Assembly (NCBI GenBank): GCA_964016885.1
Contig: OZ024741.1
Span: 127,968,001-128,032,000, forward strand
Length of the DNA: 64,000 nt
Direction: 5' to 3'
DNA from: Eledone cirrhosa
Taxonomy: Eukaryota
This document shows positions 44,870 to 56,658 of this stretch, piece by piece (positions within the stretch are counted from its first letter, which is position 1; every line of letters begins with the position of its first letter). The notes below the pieces were generated by a model. It saw nothing but the letters and a program-made list of their open reading frames with translations. It had not been told where the DNA came from and made no database searches. A program made the translations under genes and the position numbers.

Positions 44870-45949
44870 TCTACGTATTCCTCACCGGACAACCGGTGTG
44901 GGCCCCGTTCGTGAGGCGAGCCTTCCCACGACTCGTCTCGCTGACCGAGCTGCAGTCCTGGGTCAAGCAAAGACCGAGGAAAATGGGCGACTGGCACATC
45001 GAATGTGCTCAGGCGCTCACAGCCCTCTGGCAGGCGGACCCGGCGATCAGTGGAGACTCCACTTCGTCATTCTATAGAGGGTTGATCCGCAGCAAAGTGC
45101 GACGACGTGCTCGGTGAAACTCTGGGCGTAGAGGAAGATGAACTGGCCAGTCTGTTCGGTAGGACCTTCCGCCCGGGACCGATGATGGACAACTTCCAAA
45201 AGTCCCTGGCGTGGAAGTGCTACCGAGGAGCTCTACCAGTTCGAGACAAGCTCTACAGACATGGGCGCCCGGGCAGGGACCCTGCAAAAAAGATCTGTCC
45301 GAGGTGCGTACGAGACGAAGAAACCGTCGCGCACGCATTCATACACTGCCCGGGCGTTACCGACCTGTGGGGCTATGTGGAACGACTATTGTCGCGGGTG
45401 GGACCAATCCAGTTGACCACCGAGTCCATTGTCATGATCAAAATGCCACCCTCCTTCAAAAACGAAGGAGAGGCGGTTTTCCTTTGTGTGATAGCTATGG
45501 CAAAAGAGGTTGTATGGTGGACGAGGTTGAAGGGGCTGAGGTCAGACACCTTTCTCTCCGGCCAACAACTGATTCTTTTTTTCAAATACCACTTTGGAAG
45601 AAGAATCAGGATGGAGAGAGAGGTGCTGTACCCCACCAGGTTTTATGAAAGGTGGGTGAAAGTGGCGAGAATGGCCCGAGTGAATGGGCCTTCTCTCTAT
45701 ATCAGCCTGTAGGTTGAGGAAAAAGAGGAAGAGAGGAAAGGAGTACAAACTCTTCGTACTCCTGGAGATGAGGGTTGCACATTTTTTTCGGGGTTATGTG
45801 TTACCCATATGTAATGTCTCCCCCTATTGGGGAAAATGGATTAATTTTTAAATTGCATTTGTGATAATATTTTACACGTTTTTATTGTATGTAAACTTCC
45901 CCCTTTGTATTTGTCCCCTTCTTTTGTGCCCCTGTGGCTAATACAGAAA
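44870..45949 (+). mobile_element. Tx1/L1-type LINE 3' fragment, same subfamily as 36766-40177
   Basis: Closely matches 39113-40177 including the 3'UTR; starts about 11 bp after the preceding LINE tail. Confidence 0.95.
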
Positions 45950-46511
45950 CATATCTATATGTAATGGTGTGGTTAGTGTGTACACTTCCCCATATGTATA
46001 TATGGGCGTGTGATGTGTGCGTGTGTCTGTGTATGCGTGTTTGCATGTATGTGATGTGAGTACGTGCACGAACGTGAGTGTGTAATGGCTGCTAATCGGC
46101 AGAGTTAATATAGTGTCGGATAGAATGCTTTGCGGCACTTGTTCCGGAACTCCACGTTCGGTGTTTAAATCTCTACAATTTCATCATTGCTATCCACCCT
46201 GCCAGAAGTCGATAAATACCATACCAGTAAAATACCTGGGTCGTTTCTATTCCTCCTGTATCAATTGGAATCGACTTACGCATACGCGTACACAGACAGA
46301 CACAGTAATATTAGCTGAGGCAGCAAATCTGGTTTATTGGGTTTTAAGGAATTGTATTAATCCCAGCTATCTTTCAGTCTAGTACTTATTCTATTCATTC
46401 TGTGTATCGATTGGCTAAGTTGTATATTTTATCTGAATACGGTCATTTTCTTCCAGAGTAAGGGAAGAGAGTGATAGAAAGGAAGTGAGAAAGAGATATA
46501 GATGAAGAATT

Positions 46512-46668
46512 GATCCCAGTACTGGACAGGTATACATTTTTATCGGTCTAGGAGGTATGAAAGACAAAGTTGACCTCGGCGAGATTTGAACTCAGAGAGC
46601 AGAGAACTGGAATGGATACCTGCAAAGCATTCTCGCCGAAGTCCTAACGACTCTGCTAATCTCTCGCC
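46512..46668 (-). mobile_element. SINE family A-related, diverged
   Basis: tatgaaagacaaagttgacctcggcgagatttgaactcag. Confidence 0.7.
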
Positions 46669-46717
46669 TTTATATTATCACACACACATACACCCCACAC
46701 ACACACACACACACAGA

Positions 46718-46810
<93 letters not shown>

Positions 46811-46883
46811 ACACACACAGACACACACACACATACACACACATACAGACACACACACACACACACACATACACACACAGACA

Positions 46884-46924
<41 letters not shown>

Positions 46925-47104
46925 ACACAGACAGACACACACACACACACACGCACACACACACACGCACACACAGATACAGACACACACACACACACAC
47001 ACAAACACAGATACAGACACACACACATACACACACATACATTTATATACATATATATACAAAGATACATATATACATAGATATATATATACATATATAT
47101 TCCA

Positions 47105-47336
47105 AAATGGCTAACTGAATATACACGTGCTTTTTATTTAAAAAAAGTTTTTTTCCCGTTTCTCCCTCTTCTCACATTCTAACTTTCTATTCCATCTTTT
47201 ATTTCTCATTCTATCTTCTGATGAAGGACTAGTGTCCGAAGCGTAGAAACGCTTTACCTACTATATCAAGCGTTAAACTAATATATTTGTTCATTGTAAT
47301 GTGTTGCTTGCTTTGTTGTTTCCGTTTACCTTTTGC
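47105..47336 (+). mobile_element. Short pLTR-like element in (TA)n with minimal hammerhead (47214-47250)
   Basis: CTGATGA a GGAC tagt GTCC GAAG cg ta; GAAA>GAAG variant; downstream tatcaagcgttaaactaata. Confidence 0.6.
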
Positions 47337-47360
47337 ATATATATATATGTTTGTATGTAC

Positions 47361-47412
<52 letters not shown>

Positions 47413-47448
47413 GCACACATATGTATGTATGTTTGTATATATATTATA

Positions 47449-47484
<36 letters not shown>

Positions 47485-47495
47485 CACACGCATAC

Positions 47496-47526
<31 letters not shown>

Positions 47527-47999
47527 TGTATGTATGTATGTATGTATGTATGTATGTATGCATGTATGTACGTATGTATGTTTGTATGTATGTGTATATG
47601 TGTGTATGTATGTATTTGTGTGTGTATATTTGTATGTATACATGCCATGCATAGATAATTACATATACACAAAAGCAAAAACACAAAATTTGATATCTTA
47701 TATAATTAATCTTATCAGATCTCCTTATCAGCATTAGTTTTCTAGTTATATTATGTAGATTTTTCATTGTTTAAACTTTTTAAAGGTTTTTCATAATTTG
47801 TTTTATATTAATATTATTTATTTGTTTTTAGACAATTTATCTTTTTGTTGCGGATATTGGTCTGTCTGATGCAATATGTCTATTTAGCAACGTTTGCCAA
47901 TTTGTATGCCTAAGGAGCTTAACCACCACCACCACCACCACCAACACCACCACCACCAACAACAACACATATATATGTATATATATATATTTATATATG

Positions 48000-48102
<103 letters not shown>

Positions 48103-48163
48103 ATATACATATATGTATGTATATATATATATGTGTATATATGTATATATATATGTATGTATG

Positions 48164-48210
<47 letters not shown>

Positions 48211-48225
48211 ATATATATATATGTA

Positions 48226-48320
<95 letters not shown>

Positions 48321-48333
48321 GTATATATGTATG

Positions 48334-48386
<53 letters not shown>

Positions 48387-48456
48387 GTATATATGTATGT
48401 ATGTATGTATATGTATATATGTATATATGTATGTATATATATATATATGTTTATAA

Positions 48457-48530
<74 letters not shown>

Positions 48531-48918
48531 ATACTTATGGAGGGTCATGTTGCCAATAAGAAACACACGCACCAGTTGCTTTCACTTCAATTTATTATAA
48601 TAAATTTATAAATTTAGGAACTTATAAATTTCCGGTTGGTTGGTTGGTTCCACAACCAGATGATTGTTTATATATTGTCAAAGTTCTTTCACACATTCTG
48701 TGACCTCTTCAGTGACTGGGGGTTCTTTTCTTTGTTTTTTGTGCCTCTCCTTTGTTCTGTCCTACGCCATCTTGTTTTTGTGTGTGTGTCGTGTGCTTAG
48801 TTTGTGCATGTCTTACATCCGGGTGTCTGTGTGTGTTTATATTCGTTTATTTATTTGTTTATTTACATGTTACTGGTTGGTTGTTTGTTCTATGTGTGTG
48901 TGTGTTTTCATTTTGTCC

Positions 48919-50145
48919 TTAATTGTAAGTTGTGATGTTGCTGTTCCACTCATGTTTTCTATTTAATTTTGGTTGTAATTCATTTATGTTTATTGCCTCT
49001 GTGATTTGTCTAAACATTGCGTCTTTTCTGTGTGTAGATTCTATTTTTATTTCTATGTTCTCTAATCTACCCATGTGTTCTATTTTAGCATGTTGGTAGA
49101 GTACAGATGATTCTTTACTATCTTGAAGGTCTCGCCAGTGTTCATTTATCCGTTCCCCTATACTACGAGCTGTCTCACCTAAGTACACTATATTTTTATC
49201 TCTACATTGTCCTTCAGTACATCTTATGCTATATACTACATTTCTAGTTTTACAGTTAATATGGGGGCTTAATTTACAGATTATACATTTCTTATCTATA
49301 CAGGGAGGTCTTTGAAAAGGGTATGTATTGCTAATAAGTGTTTTTATGGAGGTACCTGGTCTTTCTACTGTCTTAATATTGAGTTTATGTTTATCTAGGG
49401 CCCTTCTAAATTTGTAAGGTAATTCACCTCTAGGGGTTGTATCGATGAACATTACACTCTGGTATTTATTGCTATAATACCATGAGTTTATTCTATTAGC
49501 CTTATTCCTAGTTCTTTCTATTCTATTCCAAAATTTGCTCCTATACAAGGGGCAGGTCACATTTGTGTCATTATTTACCATTTTTTTCCATTTGGTTCTG
49601 GCTCCTCTATACACTCTGATTTTATCTTTCTGATTGTAACCGGAGAACTGCATACGGTGGATGAAGTGTTGTATGTGTCTCTCTAGTTCTTCGGGGTTGC
49701 AAATGCGGGACACGTTTCTCATCACCCGTACCAAATCCGCAATCAGTATGTTGATTTTGGTATGGTCCGAAACAGCTGAGTTTCGGTGGGTCAGATATTT
49801 GGAAGTCATGGGTTTGGCATAATGGGAATGGGGGATTTTTTTTTTGTTATTAATGGTATCTAACCAGAGCTCTGTGTCTAGTACAGGTAATCGATGGTTG
49901 GGGTGTTTTCTTGGGTAGTCTATAGTAACTCTAATACTCTGGTGTATAGTAACTCTAATACTCTGGTGGATGGAGTTAGCTATTTGCTGGACGCTTTCCA
50001 TTGTGTTTTTCTCTAATTCCTGACTGTTCTCTAGTGGGGGTGTTTTAACTACGATGTTTATATCATCAACGTAGTGGGAGTACATTATCAGGGTTAAGGG
50101 GTCTTCTAATTGTTCTTTAAGTTTAAGTTTAAGTCTACTGTCCCA
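48919..50145 (-). pseudogene. PLE RT C-terminal half + GIY-YIG endonuclease (open frame, no authentic start)
   Basis: YVDD, LPVLD, YAKP, MQFSGY, CxxxxCxxC, VVYSIRC..YLGETARSIGER..EH..RQITEA..LNRKHEW; the predicted N-terminus 50146-50202 comes from the inverted pLTR; 24-bp in-frame duplication HQSIRVTI x2. Confidence 0.9.
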
Positions 50146-50488
50146 GAGAACATAGAAATAAAAATAGAATCTACACACAGAAAAGACGCAATGTTTAGAC
50201 AAATCACAGAGGCAATAAACATAAATGAATTACAACCAAAATTAAATAGAAAACATGAGTGGAACAGCAACATCATAACTTACAATTAAGGACAAAATGA
50301 AAACACACACGCACATAGAACAAACAACCAACCAGTAACATGTAAATAAACAAATAAATAAACGAATTAAACACACACAGACACCCGGATGTAAGACATG
50401 CACAAACTAAGCACACAACACACACACACAAACAAGATGGCGTAGGACAGAACAAAGGAGAGGCACAAAACAAAGAAAAGAATCCCCA

Positions 50489-50531
50489 GTCACTGAAGAG
50501 GTCACAGAATGTGTAACGAAAGAACTTTGAC
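50489..50531 (+). ncRNA. Minimal type I hammerhead in pLTR (stem II mismatch); partner at ~48677-48716(-) has a 3-bp deletion
   Basis: gtca CTGAAGA g gtcaca gaatg tgtaac GAAA g aa c tt tgac. Confidence 0.65.
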
Positions 50532-50732
50532 CAGATATAAACAACCATCTGGTTGTGGAACCAACCAACCGGAAATTTATAAATTCCTAAATTTATAAAT
50601 TTATTATAATAAATTGAAGTGAAAGCAACTGGTGCGTGTGTTTCTTATTGGCAACATGACCCTCCATAAGTATAACAATATCGGTTTCAACACACGTTTC
50701 AGATAAAGAATCTTGCTAAACAAATTCAGAAA

Positions 50733-50767
<35 letters not shown>

Positions 50768-50854
50768 GGTGTTCGCTGCAATATAGTTGTATACATATAA
50801 GTATGTGTATTTTGAATATCTAACGATATATGGTATGTTTACGAATAAAAATTT

Positions 50855-50989
50855 GAAAGCCTTTAGCTATGAATTTTGGAAGATGATGACGTAACACGAT
50901 CCAGCTAATTCCAGCAGAAGCAGGCGATGAAACTACCGATGATCGTTCGCTACGTCATCAGCTTCCAAAATTCATAAATAAAGGCTTTC
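50855..50989. repeat. Imperfect inverted repeat, ~48-bp arms (MITE-like)
   Basis: gaaagcctttagctatgaattttggaagatgatgacgtaacacgatc ... gatcgttcgctacgtcatcagcttccaaaattcataaataaaggctttc. Confidence 0.75.
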
Positions 50990-51435
50990 TTATACGTACC
51001 TCCCACTACATTGCCAAACACCAGCTTGACTACAAAAATGAAAAAAATCTTCCAACGGAACATTCAGCAATCTGAGGAATCGGGAGATGCAACTGCCGAT
51101 CACTAGAAGATATTGATCTATCAAAATCATTGGCTTAGTGGTTAGTGAATTGAATTCACAATCGTAAGGTTGTGAGTTCGATTCCACGATTGGGCGATTC
51201 GTTGACCTTGAGCATGACATTTCTTTCTGCCAGGTATTTCTTTCTGCGACCGGTATATAGTATCAGCAATGAAAAAACCAATGGAAAAATTGGTTCCTTA
51301 GTAATCGAATACATTTTGGAATCTTGTCGATTGATAAAAAAAAATCCTCCAAATAAACATTACTCTGCATTCTATATTGAGCACTTTTTTTATTTTAGCG
51401 GTATCAAGGTACAAATTCTGTTGCTTAAGCTAGAG

Positions 51436-51986
51436 TAGGGGTTGGCACCTTTTGAGATGCGCGGGCCACATTCCTATGCTGTGTCTCGTCGCTGGGCCTT
51501 GATATCAAAATATATTAAATTTGCTCGACCTCAGACTGCTCTGTCCAGAAGGCTACCTTAATCCCGGGATATGATATCAAAATATAATAAATTTGCTCGA
51601 CCTCAGACTGCTCTGTCCAGAAAACTACCTTAATCCCGGGCTATGATATCAAAATATATTAAATTTGCTCGACCTCAGACTGCTCTGTCCAGAAGGCTAC
51701 CTTAATCCCGGGATTTAAAGTAGGACAATGAATTTCATGTGATATTACTTTAATGACATTCTTTACTACAAATAAAACACAGGCAGAAACTGTAAATTGC
51801 TTAATGAGATACTTATTTTTGTCTGTTTGTTACTGTCACGTCAAAAATTCCGTTCAGCTAAGTGAGTCTTGAAGCTAGACGTGTTCTCTAATCGCCGTTC
51901 TAATCCCAAATAATCCAGAGCACTTTTTCAGGGATCGCATAGCCTAAGATTGAAACCTGCTGTCGGGCCGGGGGTTGCAGCTCCTA
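51436..51986. mobile_element. Non-autonomous hAT element (Charlie/Buster-like) with 8-bp TSD
   Basis: TSD agctagag at 51428-51435 and 51987-51994; imperfect TIRs taggggttggcacc / ggttgcagctccta; subterminal cgggcc motifs. Confidence 0.8.
51501..51714. repeat. 72-bp tandem repeat x3 inside the hAT element
   Basis: gatatcaaaatat at 51501, 51573, 51645. Confidence 0.95.
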
Positions 51987-52134
51987 AGCTAGAGCAAACC
52001 TTTAAAATACATGAAAACTGTATAATCGATAATGTGTGTATTGAATCTCCGTATTTTCTGACGAGGAATGTTCTAGTTGTTTGAACACTGGAGCAGCCTG
52101 CTTATGAAATTAACATGTAAGTGTCTGAGTATTG

Positions 52135-52350
52135 TGGAGGCGCGTGGTCTAGTTGCAAGTATGTTGGACTTACGATCATAATGTCATGGGTTCAATTCCT
52201 CTACTGGCTTGTGTGTTGTGTTCTTGAGAAAAAACATCTTATTTCACGTTGTTCCAGTATACTCAGCTGACAATGAGCTGGAGATTTAACCCTACGATGA
52301 ACTAGCGTCCTGTCCAGGGGTAGTCTTGTACTCTCAGTCGCTTAACGCGG
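52135..52350 (+). mobile_element. tRNA-derived SINE family B (possible Deu/Nin-type central domain)
   Basis: A-box-like gtggtctagttg, B-box gggttcaattcc, then cctacgatgaactagcgtcctgtccagggg. Confidence 0.6.
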
Positions 52351-52729
52351 CCTGATGAGACTCTAGTTTCAAGACAGACAAAATTTGGCTGAGTATTCCA
52401 CAAACACGCGTACCCTTAAAGTAGTTCTTAGAGAGATTCAGCATGACGCAGTGTCTGACAAGACAGGCAATTTTAATTACGGGTACATCTGTGGACTGGA
52501 AAATAAAGTGTCTTGCTCGATCTTGGAATCGAAATCACTTCCTTGTAATTGCAAGCCTAGCACTCTAACCACTAAGCCACGTACCTTCTCAAAAAACATG
52601 TATGTATGTTCTTTCCAGCTGCCTCTAATAAAAATGAAATATATATATTTAAATTAGATGTTATTTGCAATAATTTATGTATCTTTGGCATGCATTTCAA
52701 GTCTGACATTTCATGCAAGAAATATCGCT

Positions 52730-52817
<88 letters not shown>

Positions 52818-52893
52818 AATATACGCGCACATACATACATGTATTTTTTATAAAATGTTATAAATTCTCCCTAAACCCTTGGTTGATTTATTA

Positions 52894-52930
<37 letters not shown>

Positions 52931-52934
<4 letters not shown>

Positions 52935-52981
52935 TTTCTGAATTTGTGGCAATTATTGGCAACATGACCCTCCCAAAGTAT

Positions 52982-52989
<8 letters not shown>
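52931..52989 (+). mobile_element. ~58-bp micro-derivative of the 48.5/56.5-kb PLE family consisting only of its two termini
   Basis: atcgtttctgaatttgt (reverse complement of the tail end acaaattcagaaacgat) fused to ttattggcaacatgaccctcccaaagtataacaata; (TA)n on both sides. Confidence 0.8.
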
Positions 52990-53052
<63 letters not shown>

Positions 53053-53579
53053 GGATTGCACAGTTCTTTAAGGACAAGTCTTTTAATGGCCCCAACCTTT
53101 TTTCTTATTATCATTTTGTATCATATAAACGATCACAGATATGAAGCTATCTCAGCAAAGGAAAGTCATGCTGTAATCGTTACCTTAAAGGCATATCATA
53201 GTGATTTAGAGATTGATCGCTTCCTTAAAGTTACACAGTCGTTTGTCGTTAAAGATTACAAGAGCTGGTAGTTGCTGATGGCGATTCTACAGCAATAACC
53301 AAACGATAAAGAGACATAGATGAAGAATCGAACCTACTGGACGGATACACGGCTTCGAAAAGGTTGAAAGACAATGTTGACCTCGGCGGGATTTGAACTC
53401 AGATCACAGAGAGCCTGAACGAATACAGAGGTAGTTTTTCGGATGTTCAAACGCCTCGTCCAGAAACAACCATTCCTCTATCCTCATAAATCAGTCCTTA
53501 TTTTCTTCTTCTTCTTCTTCTTCTTCTTCTTCTTCTTCTTCTTCTGCTGCTGCTGTTGCTCCTCCTCCTCCTCCTCCTC

Positions 53580-53612
<33 letters not shown>

Positions 53613-53702
53613 TCATTGTTACTACTAATAAAAGACACACTGTTACTCATACCATCGGCTCTATTTCCACTTTTTGCTCAGTTATCACTTCCACCATACC
53701 AG

Positions 53703-53734
<32 letters not shown>

Positions 53735-53889
53735 GTAACAGCAGAAATATCACCACCACCATCACTCCTTATTTGCCGTAAACCAAGTACCCACAATATC
53801 TGTGTCTGACCTTTTTACTCAAATTAATAATTTACTTAAATGGAAGATTGATTGCTTTTCCCACCACCCACATACTTTCACCCTTCTCT

Positions 53890-53943
<54 letters not shown>

Positions 53944-53972
53944 GCTGCTACTACTACTAGATTAATAATAAT

Positions 53973-54159
53973 TGTTTCTACTTTTGGCACAAGGCCAGCA
54001 ATTATCCCAGTGTATTACTGGTACTTTATTTTATCGACCCCGTAAGGATGAAAGGCAAAGTTAACCTCGGCGGGATTTGAACTCAGTCCGTAAAGGGACG
54101 TAACTATGCTAGAAAGCATGGCGTCCGACCCTCTACCAATACTGCCAATCCACCGCCCT
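53973..54159 (-). mobile_element. SINE family A with 15-bp TSD, adjacent to a second older SINE (54175-54322)
   Basis: tagattaataataat at 53958-53972 and 54160-54174. Confidence 0.92.
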
Positions 54160-54322
54160 TAGATTAATAATAATGGTTTCTAATTTAGGCACAAAGCCAG
54201 CAAATTTTAGCGAAATGGAAGGAAAGTTGATTATATTGACCTCGGTGCCTTACTGGTACTTTATTTTATCAACCCGGAAGGATGAAACGCAAAGTTGACC
54301 ACGACAGGATTTGAATTCTGAA

Positions 54323-54924
54323 CGGCCTCCACCCACTTTCCTGTCGCCACAGTGCCGGCCGCCTTCTACGGCATGCTGCCCTTAACGAGATCATTAAGCA
54401 TGGCTTGGACGCTGCAGGCTTCCCCTCCCAGCTCGAGGGGATGGAAAAAGGTCAGACGGTATGACCATCTTTCCGTTCCGCGGTGGCAAACCCCTCGTCT
54501 GGGATGCCTCTTGCAGCGACACTTTCTGCAGCCGCAACCTGGTGCAGTCTGCAACTAACCCAGGTACTGCTGCACATCGGGCTGAGGAGGCCAAACTCTC
54601 CAAGTACCGGTCGCTCTCCAACAAGTTCGCGGTCGTGCCCTTGGCAGTGGAGACTTCTGGTGTCCTCGGCCCTAGGGCTACCTCCCTATTCGCCACCATA
54701 GGCGCTGAGCTGGCCAGCCGCAGGTGTGAGCCTCGCGAGTTGGAATGGATCTTCCAGCGCATCTCCCTTACCATCCTCCGGGGAAACGACTTCTCGATCC
54801 TGTCCGCTGGGGCTGTGGGGTGGTCAGCACGTGGGACCCCATTTGCTCACCATATGGATTACTAGGCAAAGTTATAAACTATTGTAAATAAACCTATTTA
54901 ACTGTAAAAAAAAGAAAAAAGAAA
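54323..54924 (+). mobile_element. CRE-type non-LTR retrotransposon 3' fragment (Zn finger, restriction-like endonuclease, A-rich tail)
   Basis: [22 protein letters not shown]; DGKRSDG; GKPLVWD..DT..AEEAKLSKY..PLAVETSG..FQRISLTILRGN; aataaa then an A-run at ~54906. Confidence 0.85.
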
Positions 54925-55254
54925 ATCGTAATTAGATGTCGTGAAGGATAGGTTTTCATATCAGGATTCCTGAAGGAGTGGAGATGCGAGTGATAGCATT
55001 TAAAACGGTTTCGCACCATGCTGACGTATTTCGATAATTAGAATTTTCTGATATTACATTTCTGTGGGAGAGGACAGTTCTCTTTAATCCTATGAGAGCA
55101 GCTTGGATTAACGTCGGATATATTCTTTGCAGTAATTTTTGATAGACTGGCCACATGAGGATATGGTCAATATTGGGCTCTGAATCCCCAGTTTGCGTTT
55201 TTGTTACGTGTATGGACATAAATAATATAATATGATATAATATAATATGCTTTA

Positions 55255-55342
<88 letters not shown>

Positions 55343-55344
55343 CA

Positions 55345-55711
55345 TGTCCACTACCACTACCACATGGATATACACACTACCTTTCATACTTTACACAAAA
55401 TACATTTAAAAACAACACACGTTTAAGCATACACTTACACTCACACAGATATCGACACTAATACACTCACACTCCACTTTGCGTTCCAACGCGTTACCAA
55501 GACTACCCAACGGTTTGTCTTGTTTTCACTCTTCATTTTTGATTTTTTTTCTTTACTTGAACTTCCTTTATTTCTGGTCCTCCTTTGTGATCCTGTCTCT
55601 ATTTTATACTCCCGAAGAAGGGCTTAAGCCCGACACGTCGAACTTTATTTCCCCTTTTCAATATAAAGCGTGAAACTAATAAGACTTTTTTTGTACCTCT
55701 GTTTGTTGTCT

Positions 55712-55715
<4 letters not shown>
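55345..55715 (+). mobile_element. Short pLTR-like element between (TA)n tracts, degenerate hammerhead at ~55608-55643
   Basis: CCGAAGA a GGGC ttaa GCCC GACA cg tc; downstream aagcgtgaaactaata as at 47270. Confidence 0.5.
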
Positions 55716-55781
<66 letters not shown>

Positions 55782-55929
55782 GAATTAGGATTTCGCTTGA
55801 AGCATAGCTTTATACAATATATATAAATATTTCGTATCTCCAAAGGAATACGGTTTTAGGAAGCCGTAGCTATGCAAACACCGGGGGGCTAACTCCCTCT
55901 GGTGATGTCCAGCAGAAGCAAGGGGGACA

Positions 55930-55973
55930 ACCGACTATGCATTTCAGGCTTAACTGGCCTTCGTCAGGACGGT
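55930..55973 (-). ncRNA. Minimal type I hammerhead ribozyme
   Basis: Minus strand: accgtc CTGACGA AGGC cagttaa GCCT GAA ATGCAT A gtcggt; palindromic stem III. Confidence 0.75.
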
Positions 55974-56349
55974 CCCTCCCACCGCTTGCGACTGCTGGAC
56001 TAGAAGACAGCTGAGAATATATACTTTTCTCGTCTGTGTAAATGAGGTGATTAATCTCATTTGCATATGAAGCTGCATAAGTTGGCTCAACTTATAATAA
56101 AAAAGAAATAGGATTTCGCTTCAAGCATAGCTTTATACAATATGTATAAATATTTCGTATCTCCAAAGAAATACGGTTTTAGGAAGCCGTCGCTATGCTT
56201 GAAGCGAAATCCTATTTCTTTTTTATTATAAGTTGAGCCAACTTATGCAGCTTCATATGCAAATGAGATTAATCACCTCATTTACACAGACGATAAAAGT
56301 ATATATTCTCAGCTGTCTTCTAGTCCAGCAGTCGCAAGCGGTGGGAGGG

Positions 56350-56393
56350 ACTGTCCTGACGATGGCCAGTTAAGCCTGAAATGCATAGTCGGT
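56350..56393 (+). ncRNA. Minimal type I hammerhead ribozyme (stem II A>T mismatch)
   Basis: actgtc CTGACGA tggc cagttaa gcct GAA ATGCAT A gtcggt. Confidence 0.65.
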
Positions 56394-56615
56394 TGTCTTT
56401 CTTGCTTCTGCTGGACATCACCAGAGGGCGTTAGCCCCCCGGTGTTTGCATATATATATATATTGTTATAATTTGGGAGGGTCATGTTGCCAATAAGAAA
56501 CACACGTACCAGTTGCTTTCACTCCAATTTATTATAAATTAAATTTATAAATTTAAGAATTTATAAATTTCCGGTTGGTTAGTTGGTTCCACAACCGGAC
56601 GGTTGTTCATATATT

Positions 56616-56658
56616 GTCAAAGTTCTTTCGTCACACATTCTGTGACCTCTTCAGTGAC
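56616..56658 (-). ncRNA. Minimal type I hammerhead in PLE pLTR (intact)
   Basis: Reverse complement of gtca CTGAAGA g GTCACA gaatg TGTGAC GAAA g aa c tt tgac. Confidence 0.75.

Larger units (their letters stand above)
48526..50734 (-). mobile_element. Penelope-like element, 5'-truncated (48526-50145) plus inverted pLTR (50146-50734), in (TA)n
   Basis: 50146-50680 is the reverse complement of ~48526-49062, followed by a ~54-bp extra tail; the ORF has RT and GIY-YIG motifs. Confidence 0.95.
55778..56452. mobile_element. Non-coding fold-back element: 261-bp inverted arms, 60-bp spacer, ~90-bp direct repeat at 321-bp period, one hammerhead per arm
   Basis: 55871-56131 is the reverse complement of 56192-56452 with few mismatches; 55788-55876 repeats at 56109-56197; (TA)n at both ends. 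Confidence 0.9.

Noticed and set aside
50146-50202. N-terminus of the 427-aa ORF as a genuine start
   Set aside because: It is antisense read-through from the inverted pLTR, so the ORF is a truncation chimera, not an intact gene.
52135-52205. tRNA gene (also ~13495-13555 and ~51130-51190)
   Set aside because: A/B-box remnants run into SINE body sequence; no intact cloverleaf could be built.
52346-52385. Hammerhead at CTGATGA gactctagtttcaag
   Set aside because: No GAAA box or stem III/stem I pairing; the same applies to CTGATGA at ~13897 and CTGACGA at ~52058.
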